From: Proteromonas lacertae
Taxonomy: Eukaryota
DNA length: 64,000 nucleotides
NCBI GenBank assembly: GCA_002245135.1
Contig: NGBS01001175.1
Coordinates: 62,001 to 126,000 of the forward strand
Reading direction: 5' to 3'
In this document: positions 54,037-64,000 of the stretch, piece after piece
Layout: each line of letters begins with the position of its first letter
Numbering within the stretch: position 1 is the first letter of the stretch
Made by a program: the position numbers and the translations under genes
The notes under the pieces: generated by a model
Database searches by the model: none
Told to the model about the DNA's origin: nothing
What the model saw: only the letters and a program-made list of their open reading frames with translations

Positions 54037-55707
54037 TTAATCATTTTCATCATTATACAATTTTATCATATTATCAAAATATTCCAGTATTTCACTCTTT
54101 TCATCAACATCTTCATACAAATATTTTGAACCAGTATATCCTTGTTGAGCGTTATTCAATACAGATTTGAAATATTTACACATATTACTACTTGTTCTTA
54201 TATTAACCATCATAGAATAACATTTAACAACAGATGAGAAATATTGAGGAAAATCATTATAATTATTACTCATTAAACATTTATTATCAGTATAAATATT
54301 AAAGAAATATAAATCAAATAACATATATATATATATATATATAAAGGATATAATAAATGTGGATCAGAATAAATACATTCATAATTCAATTCTTTCAATA
54401 TTTCATCAACTTTTACATCTTTAATTCCATTAAACAATACATCACTACTGTATAATGCTTCATATTCATCTTCTTTTACAGAATCAGTAGTTAAATCTAT
54501 TAAATTGGATGTTTTATATTTCATTAAATAATTCAATAATGATGCATTATTTAATGATTCTAATGGTTGTAATGGATAATCAATTAACACTTCTTTATAT
54601 TTCATATTTTCATTTGGTTGATTGATGTATTCATTATAATACGTCATTATATCATATCGATTACTTTTACATCTATAAGGAGTAGTAATTGAATGAATAG
54701 AATTTGATATGACTGAAGTTTTATGAAATAACGAATTTTCATCAAAATTGTAGAAATGATTTGGATTGTTGTAATTTAATTGAATAATTATTAAGAAAAG
54801 TATATAAATATAATGATGATTTAAAAAATGATATATTCAAATCAAATGGAAATATTGTCTTACTAAATTCAGATATTGTTTTTAAGCTCATTGCAATTGA
54901 TACAGCGCGATCACTTAAATTCTTTTTACTCTATTCATATATAAACAAAATATTATAATTATTATACCATCTTATTAGTAATTTTATTATGATTTAAAAA
55001 TGATATAATTGGTATTTTTGGATCTTCGCTGTTTAAATATTCACATATTGAACTACTAACACCTCCCCAACCATTGTATATATCACTATATAAGTTATAA
55101 CATAACACATAATCACAATTTTCCATCTCTTTTCTTATTTTGTCATAGATATTCTCATTTTCAGTTTTTTTCTATATTAATTTATACGTTATTATTAATA
55201 TATATATACAGACATTGCTTCTCTACCCATTACATATGTATCAAATGGTAAACATTGCTGATATTCATTTAACTCTAAGAATGAATTTGAATTGTAAGGA
55301 ATTGAAGTATATTCACTCCAACTGTATTTAGATTTACTCGACTTCTTCATTCCTGATTGATCATCTAATCTATACTCTTTTATATCACCATTCCAACTAA
55401 TTTCTTCTTTAATTTTCTCAACACTGTATGAGTGAGATTCTGATGGATATTTAATAAAGGGTGAATAAGTACCTAATCCACCTTTTAATGATAATGAAAT
55501 TGTTCGTGGATAATAACTATTTGTGTGATCGCTTGTTCTCTTTTTAAAGTAATAGCTATTATCTAATTCTTTCAAGCAAGGAGATTCTTCATGATTTGAA
55601 TTTGGATTCTATTAATAAGAAAAAGACAAAAATACCTCAATATTCCACAGATGCGTGCAAATATGGTTGGATATGTCCCCAATCTGTAGCGTAATTATAC
55701 CATTCAT
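54037..55707 (-). CDS. MSTO1: Misato/DML1 tubulin-like protein
   Basis: First exon MNGIITLQIGDISNHICTHLWNIE; YYPRTISLSLKGGLG; WSEY; IRKEMENCD...DIYNGWGG. Confidence 0.82.
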
Positions 55708-55839
55708 ATTATTAATCTCTTTTATATACTACTTATGAAGAAAAAAACAAATGAATAATTTCTATGAAAATTTAGAAACACCAATTACATAAAACGGATA
55801 TAAAATTAAATATTATATTAATCATCAATATACAAGCAC

Positions 55840-57623
55840 TTATCTAATGTTATTCTTCAATTCACAACCAGCTCCTCTATAACCATCAAAACACTTACAT
55901 GCTCCAGTTTTATAATCACAAATACCTCTTCCACTACAATCTCTATATTCAGAACCATCTATATTGAATTTTCCATCAGGATCAACACTAGAAGGACATT
56001 CAATTAGACTACAATCATAACCTCGTCTTTTCCTATCACATTTACAACCAAATATCCTATCATTCCCATAGCCATCATAACTATTCAGTTCTTTATTATC
56101 TAATATTGAACTTAACAATACACATTCACCATAACCATTACAATTATTTGGACATTGAATTCTATTACATGCACTTCCTTCATATCCATTAAAACATTCA
56201 CATTCTCCTGTTTTGTGATTACAAGTTCCTTGACCACTGCATTCTACTTCTACATGAATAGAATTGATATTAAATGTATTAATAGAATAAAGTCTGTCTG
56301 TTTGTAGTAATATCCTATTATTTGTTTGTGTTTTTATTATTGTTGATTTTCCTCTTAATCTGCTTTTATGATGATTATTAGGTTTACTTTCAGATAATGA
56401 TAATATTCTATTAGTTTTTATATTATCAATCGTATCTGTTGTTTTTATTATTAATATTTTATTATCTTTATTTTTTGTCACTTTTATAATGGTTGTATAT
56501 ATTTCCTTCATAGTTGTTAATTCTCTTATTATTATATTTGCACCATTTTCTAAATTATTATATAACATATTATCATGAACTAAATTATTAACAGATGATA
56601 TATCAATTGATATTTCATCATTATTAATAGAAAAATCACTTCCTTCTGATGCTAAATATAAAAAAATATTATTATCATTAATCAATCTTATAGATTTAGA
56701 TTTAGATGATGAAGTAGGTAGATATAATTTATTATTATTATTATTTATTAACATAATACTAGATACATCACTTTCTTCTAATGAAATAGAATTTCCATTA
56801 TAATCACTTAATAAATAACATTTAGAATCAACTTTAATATTACTATCAAATGTAAATATTATGTTGTTATTACTACTACTATCATCATATTCACAATTTG
56901 AATAATGAATAGAATTATCTTCACAAATAAAACTATACTTCTTGTCATTTTTACATTGAAAGTTGTATAAAATGTCTTTAAAATTTGCCCATATGATTTT
57001 ATTGTCATTTAATGTAGTAGTAATATAGTATAGTGATAAATCGTTAAATCGATAGAGTGGATTACAGGTTATTTCAGTAATGATTGGGTTTGAATTTGGA
57101 GTATTACTATCTATATTTATATCAAAACTATATTCTATATAATATTCTTTGCTTTGAGTGTTATAACTATACATTCTTGCATAATTAGAAGATAATTCAT
57201 TGTTCTTTCTATTATCGCTACATTTCATTGTATAACCATATGAAAAATCAACTGAATAATCAACTCCAACTACTTTATATATTGGTTTACCATATGTTGG
57301 ACCATTTTCAACGTATTTGTTAATACTAATTGATCTTGGTTCACCTCTAGTATTTCTGGTAATACTTGATTTTTCAGTTGGTATATAACCGAACGGTGTG
57401 CCTTTTGGACATAATCCTATATAAAATGTTATAATGTCGTTATAATACTTAGTGAACAATCTCCTCCACCATATCCACTCGAGAATGTACTACTTTTATA
57501 ACATTCACAACCATTTTCAGTACACTTACCACGATTTGAGCAATTATTTGGACATAAGCCACAATTAACATACAACAAACTAAATAATAACAATAGTAAT
57601 ATTTTCAGATGTGGTTTGTTCAT
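55840..57623 (-). CDS. Secreted EGF-like stramenopile mastigoneme (tubular hair) family protein
   Basis: Signal peptide; CPNNCSNRGKC...GGDCS.LCPKG; ECSGQGTC...GECECFNGYEGSAC.R..CPNNC; GCKCD...GYDCSLIECP...DP...DCSGRGICDYKTGACKCF.GY.G.GC. Confidence 0.75.
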
Positions 57624-57721
57624 ATTACACTCTTTCTTTAAAAAAAGAAGATTAAAATTGACTATTGAAAATTTTCATTAAATATCCCTTTTATTGAATA
57701 TGGTTATCCGAAAGTTTTGGA

Positions 57722-59564
57722 ATGGATTGTTATTATTGTGTAATATTAATAGCTGTTGGTGTTGTGGTTGTGATATGTAGTACACAATGGAAAACACCAT
57801 TGAAACATCCAGGTTATAGTAAAAAATTTGTTATATCTTCCATATTCAGCGATCATATGGTTCTTCAAGTATTACCTTAAGTCTAATATATAGTCTGCTC
57901 CTAACAGTGCATTTATTTGGGGGAAATCTTTTCCATATTCATCAATATCGCTAAAGATGAATAATCTAGTACTAAATACAAAAACTGATAATGATGGGTA
58001 TAAATTGAAAATATGTTTGTAGAATATGGAAATTTCAATTACCTCATATAGAATCATCAAATATTTCTACAAATATTGTAATTACAAATGTGGATAATAA
58101 AGAAGTGATTTAACTGAATGATATATTATTTGGTGATGTTTATGTGTGTGCAGGACAGTCGAATATGGAACAAGCAGTATATATATGTATGTATATATTG
58201 AAGCAATAGTTGTATTATACTGATAAAGGTAAAAAAATGATAAAAGAAAGTTATAAATATCCAAATATACGAATAGCAACAATCCAATTTAATCCATCAA
58301 ATAAAACGATAGATATACTCAAAGATAATATGTTTAGAAATAAATGGGAAGTAGCTAATAATGTCAGTCTTTTACCAACAGGTAGATATGAATCATTTGA
58401 ATCGCTGTTTAGTAAATTCTCAGGAGTGTGTTATATGTTTGGATTAGAATTGAATAAAAAATTGAATGTATTTATAATTATATATATATATTATGATAAT
58501 AGAAACCAATAGGATTAATAGCAACTAGTTATAGGAATACAGATATAGAATCGTGGTTACCTGATGAAATAATAAAAAAATGTCCAATTCAAAAGTATAG
58601 GTTTTTTGTAAAGAAGAATTATTTATTCAATGGGATGATATATCCTCTGACTCTTATGACAATAAAAGGAATTATATGGTATCAAGGTGAAAAGACTGTT
58701 GCTGAAGGAACTGATAATCATTTAGCTTACAGTTGTTTATTTCCAGAATTAATAAATTATTACAGAAGGATTTGGTATGAAAATACTCATTCTACAGATA
58801 AAGATTTTTGGTTTGGATTTGTACAAATTTCAGGTCATTGTGTTTGGACAAGATGTAAAAAACCTGAAAGTATTGTTTATTTTTATTTATTTATTTATAA
58901 TTAGAAGGTGGTTCACTAAGATTAGCTCAAACTAGATATTATGGTTATACACCAAATCCAGTACAAAAGAATACATACATGGCAATTTCGTATTTGTATA
59001 ATAATAATAATAATTATTATTATTGTTATTATAAATAGATTGGATTTAATGGAATCACATCATACTGGAGGAGATTATCATCCAATATATAAATATGATG
59101 TTGGCTTAAGATTGAGTTATGGTGCTTTTAACTTTATATATAAGATTCCAACTCAATATAGTGCTCCTATTTATTCTTCTTGTAAAATAAGTGATAATAA
59201 GATAATGTTGTACTTTAATACATCAATAATTCATAATATGGATGATGAATTACAGTTGATTGATAAATATGGATTTGAAGAATATGAAGGAGAATGGAAA
59301 ACAATAGAAATTGATGATGCTACTAAAGATTCAATCACACTAATTTCAAATGACATTAGAAATGTTACTGCAATTAGATATTTATATGGTGATAATCCAT
59401 GTTGTAGAGAAATATATCAAGATTTAAATGTGGTTTGTGAGATAAAGAAATGTCCTTTTTATGGTAAATCATCACATCTTCCTGTTGCTCCATTTTTAGT
59501 ATTTATAGAAAATAGTTCTTGCGTATATAATGTAACTAAGTTGAAGTATTTAAGTTTATTTTAG
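57722..59564 (+). pseudogene. Sialate O-acetylesterase (SIAE/SASA, SGNH)-like gene with an in-frame TAA; pseudogene or base error
   Basis: SSIFSDHMVLQ, DILFGDVYVCAGQSNME, LFNGMIYPL, KGIIWYQGE, YHPIYKYDVGLRL; TAA at 58111-58113 in the spliced frame. Confidence 0.7.
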
Positions 59565-59683
59565 AATAATTGGTATTTAATTGATGTATAGTTATTATTG
59601 AGTGGTTTATTTTTTATTTCTTTCCAAATTCACATAAAAAATAAAATGATCAACAGATAATTAAGCGATATTGCTAATATACA

Positions 59684-61331
59684 ATGAATGAAAATTATGG
59701 GGAGTTATGTTTCAACGAAAAATCCGAAAACATAATTCCTTATTTCTATTCAATGAGACAAATATATTACATCTTTATAAGTAATTTATTTGCGATTACT
59801 TTAATCCTATCAGGTTTAATATTTGTGTATAACTATAATGGCATTTTTCAAAGAAGTGATTTATGTTCAAGTTTTATAGATAATGTTGAATATTATTCAG
59901 ATCAAGAATTGTGCAGATTGCCATGTAATGTAGAAAACAAATATGAAATAAGAGTCAAACCAGATAAAGAGGATTGCCCTTACTTTAAGCCATCAATATT
60001 AATCAAAAATGATACAATTTTTGCATTTATTGATACAGAAGTAGCTCAATATGTTAGAAATGGTAATGAACATGAAGTAAATGTTAAATCACTTCGTAAA
60101 GGTGAATCTGTAAAACTACTCTCTGAGGTTGTAAGAACAAATTCTTCATTTTCTAATAAAACATTTGACTGGTTTATTAAATTTATACCAAAACCTGTAG
60201 AAAAGATAATCAGTGAAAATAAACTATCTGTTAATCTGTTATTAATAGATGCAGCATCAAGATATGTAGCTAAAAAGCAATTGCAAAAAACAGTAAAGAC
60301 ATTACAATCATTATCATCTCAATATTCTATATTTGATATGTTAAGATATCACACAATTGATTTAAATTCTGATCCTCATTATCCAACATTATTTTATGGT
60401 GTAAATCAAACAGAAGGAAAAGATATTCATAAAGTAATATTTGATGATTATAAAGAAGAAGGATATAAAACCATAAATACTGTTCTGTTTGTAGATTTTG
60501 AAGAAAAATTAACAGCTCATAATAATTACAATGGCTCTGATCATTATATTAATTATATGTGTGAAGATCCAAAATATAAGTATATATATTTTTTTATTGA
60601 GTATTATTTTTAGTAATGTTGATATTGATGGTCAATACGGTTATCATGCAAGATGTGTTGGTCATAAACAAATTCACAAATATGTGTTTAAATATTTGAA
60701 AGAATCAATTAAATATTATCATGATAGAAAACAACCTACTTTTGCATTAACAGTGTTTTTAGATGCTCATGATTACATGTTGTATTCACTTCCAAGAATT
60801 GATAAAGATTTGTCCGGTTATATAAAATTCCTTCATAGGAAGAATATATTGAATCATTCTGTTTTGATTTTGTTTTCTGATCATGGAATACATTATGGAC
60901 CATATAAAGAAACTTATGTATATATTTTTGTTGTTATTTTTCTTCATAGTTTGGAACGTTAGATCGTGCACTACCCTTAATGATTATTGTATAAATGAAT
61001 ATATATATATATATATATACCATATATAGATTTTTCCTAAATGGTTTACAAAGAAATATCCTGATATAAATAGGAATTTGAAGATTAATCAAAACAGATT
61101 TGTTACAGGATTTGATTTTCATGCAACTCTGTTTGATATTGCTCATTTTTCTAGTGTATATTATATAATATTGCTTATAATATGTAGAATAGAAAGAATT
61201 ACCAAAATAAAAGAGGAATTAGTTTGTTTAATGAAATTCCCAAAAATAGAAATTGTCGTCAGTTTAATGTAACATATGGTTGTTCGTGTAATATGACTCA
61301 AGAATATTTAAATATTCCTCAATACAATTGA
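59684..61331 (+). CDS. DUF229-family (alkaline-phosphatase-like fold) type II membrane protein
   Basis: N-terminal TM; SVNLLLIDAASR...QLQKT, LFSDHGIHYG, LPLMII, LKINQNRFVTGFDFHATL, SLFNEIP.NRNC. Confidence 0.82.
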
Positions 61332-61396
61332 ATAATATAAGTTAAAAAAAAAAACAGGCATTAAGAAATATAATAAAATTCTTTATAATTAAGTGT

Positions 61397-63861
61397 TTAA
61401 CTTCTACATACTGGTTTTATTCCATGAGTTAATTCATCAATTGGTAATAATTCCATAAAATCACTTAAATAAGTTGGATTTTGGCATTTTGATATAATCA
61501 ACACAGTTTCATGTAAATGTTCAAATGTAAACTCAACTAAATAATAAGTAGTATCATCCCAATATCTTGTATAAGCATATATTTTTGTCTCATTATCTCT
61601 TGTTCCAGTAGCAATGATTAAGAAGTGATGTTGTTGTAATATATCACATAATCTATCTTCAGGGAAGGATCTTATTAATTTTACACAATATGTACATAAT
61701 ACAGGTAAATTATTCCACAATTTCTCAAACTGAAGCATCATCGAGTGTATAATCTCCTAATAACATCTTTTCACTAATAAATTGCATTGGATTATAATAT
61801 TGCGACTCTCCAGTAGATACGTTATAATAATATCTCAAATGTTGGTCATCTTCACATAATCTCCACAATTTAGTTCCATCTATTTCAGTACCAGGTGAAT
61901 AAGGTAATATAATAGGTGGATAACCAGGTAATGGTGCTTCTTTCTTACCTAAAGTACTCTTACTCTCAATTTCAATCTCTTCATCTTCTCTATCTTTCTT
62001 CTCACGTTTGATATCACAAGCTTCATCATAAGAATCACGATCTGAGGCATACTCATCTTTATTCTCATATTCTTCATTTCTGATGTGTTTACTTGCATTG
62101 ATAATTGGACTTAATTCTCTTTCTATTCTACTCAATTCAAATAATTCATAAAGTCCATATAAATCAATCACTAAGAATAAAAACCATATTATAGCATAAG
62201 TAATCCAACTGATTGTATCAGGCTTGGTATTAGGCTCGTGGAATACTAACATTGTTGTAGTAAACATCCATATTGAGAAACAACTCAATAATACTTTTAT
62301 TATACTTAAAATATATGGATCAAATTTCTTTCTATTGTACGAATATAATTCCTTCGCATTACATAATGATAAACATCCAAATGGTTTTAAATAATTTTCT
62401 ACACTGAAATAGTAAGTCAAATAATAGGCAAATATAATATCAAAACTACCTTTAATAATCATAATCCAATGGTAATTCTAATCCACCTTTCGTATTATCC
62501 ATTACTTCATCACTTTTATAAATCACTAAATCAATAATTCCAAATACATATAGCAATATAAAACTCAATAAATGTCCAATAAAGAGAGTTGACATTCTTC
62601 CTTTCTTCTCTCTATATCTTAAAGTATAACGATCTTCATTTCTAAGTGGAATAATTCCTTTTGAACCACATTTAGGTAATAAATAAGCTAATGGTCTTGT
62701 ATGTAATAAACGAGTAGTTGCACTGTTGATTTCTTTACGGAATAAGTGAGATAATACAATGAATAGGAATTTCAGACAAGCGCCGACTACTATCACACTC
62801 CATTGATAAGTGGTTGGATCTCTGGTGAAGTACCAAATCAAATCCATTGGAAGAGATAATAAACAACAGATATTTAACCAAATATGAGTGTTTTTACTAT
62901 AATATAATAATACATATATATATATATATATATATACTTTGCTGATCTTGGCATATTCATTGAAGCAAATGCAAATATTCCAATCATTACATTATAATCA
63001 GGTAATATTTTATCTTGACTACAGATTAATCCTTCAATTAATAACAATAATGAAAATATATTCAATATTCCTTTAGATAAGAATAATTCAGTATCCATAA
63101 AGAATCCTTTTACATAATAATCATCACTAAATAACAATAAAAACAATAATAAAATATACTCTACATCATCTTGATTTTCTTCTTCTCTTTCTTCTTTCTC
63201 TATTTTACCTTCTTCTGGTATTTCACTTGCATCAGTGATATTCAATTCAATTGGAGTTGATTTATTCTCAGGGATCCAATACACAGATCTACTTTTCAAT
63301 ACAGTATTGTCAGTATCTTCAGTTAATTCGAATTGATTTTCTTTTTCCATTACTACTGGGTTACTTGCATATCTACTTGACATTTCTACTGATAATGGTG
63401 GAGCTACAGTTAAGGGAGCTTTTGGATTTAATCTATGAGCTGCTCCACTTACAGAAACACTCATATCTAAGCTCTTTTTGTTTGTTGGTGATGGTTTTCC
63501 TTCTTGTTCTTCAGGAAGTGGTATAGCTGACTTTAAAACACTTGTTTTTCTCTCACCTGTTGGAACATTTGTTCCTGATGGAATACTCATTGGTTTAGGT
63601 TTTGTTAAATCAATTACACCATCTTCATCAGGAGGTGGTGGCGGAATATCGTCATCTGGTGGTGGAGGTGGCGGTTGATTATCATAAATTGGCCCATTTT
63701 TACTTCTGTTACTCACTGAATATTCCTTCTTCACCTTTTCCTGTAGAATGAGCACTTTCAGCATGTTCACATAGTTGGCAAATATTTGCCTTGAATTTGT
63801 GTGGTTTAAATCCTGGACAACTCGTGGATTGAGCATCACAGACAGTACATACTCCTGACAT
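61397..63861 (-). CDS. Multi-pass membrane protein with N-terminal Cys/His Zn motif, Pro-rich region, ~8 TM, WW domain and beta-adaptin-appendage-like C-terminus
   Basis: MSGVCTVC...CPGFKPHKFKANICQLCEHAESAH; WW WRLCED...YYYNVSTGESQY; FEKLWNNLP...FLIIATG...KIYAY. Needs 1-nt indels at ~63725 and ~61730. Confidence 0.6.
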
Positions 63862-64000
63862 GCTTTAAAAATAATCTTTCAAATACGTTGTATCAAACTT
63901 TTGGTTTGATTTGAAAAATGCTTGGATTATTTTAAATTTTGATTTTGAATTTTCTTATCTATTACAAATAATTATATGAGTAAAACAGTAAGAGAGTATA

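Noticed and set aside
10547..57623. Functional cluster of tubulin/cilium genes (TBCC, CEP104, Misato, mastigoneme)
   Set aside because: Dispersed over 47 kb among unrelated genes; no evidence of co-regulation.
58111..58113. TAA reassignment (alternative genetic code)
   Set aside because: TAA, TAG and TGA all terminate conserved genes here (RPL8 TAA, CEP104 TGA, LYR TAG), and long exons are otherwise stop-free. One isolated case.
1..64000. Blastocystis-type stop codons created by polyadenylation
   Set aside because: Every gene whose 3' end I could trace has a genome-encoded stop at a plausible position.
1..64000. tRNA, rRNA, telomeric repeats or mobile elements
   Set aside because: No cloverleaf, rRNA-like GC-rich tract, telomere repeat, terminal repeat pair or transposase/RT motif recognised.

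Overview
Very AT-rich, gene-dense eukaryotic nuclear DNA with about 28 protein-coding genes, most on the minus strand. Genes are split by tiny GT-AG introns (about 25-36 nt, often padded with (TA)n/(TAT)n), and intergenic spacers are 1-470 bp. A stramenopile mastigoneme-type EGF protein, the ciliary gene CEP104 and Blastocystis-sized introns suggest a flagellated opalinate stramenopile such as Proteromonas (inference, not proven). Recognisable genes include RPL8, TBCC, CEP104, gamma-SNAP, Misato/DML1, an SDG2/ATXR3-like SET protein, a BT1 transporter, a PP2C-cNMP-pseudokinase, a phospholipase B-like protein, a SIAE-like esterase, DUF229 and a giant calpain. The most striking locus is a BTB-BACK protein followed by about 15 He_PIG-type Ig repeats. 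Its 15 introns all sit at the same phase-1 site, its 14 internal exons are all frame-symmetric, and several repeats carry a Tyr-rich length-variable loop at one fixed position. This looks like a modular, diversifiable intracellular receptor or Cul3 adaptor. Other points of interest: a 7TM-RGS fusion missed by the ORF track, a Cys-less peroxiredoxin, a bacterial-type domain with an inserted MYND finger, and two recurrent promoter motifs. Several single-base frameshifts are probably long-read errors. Gene models were spliced by eye, and family calls come from motif recognition, not database searches.
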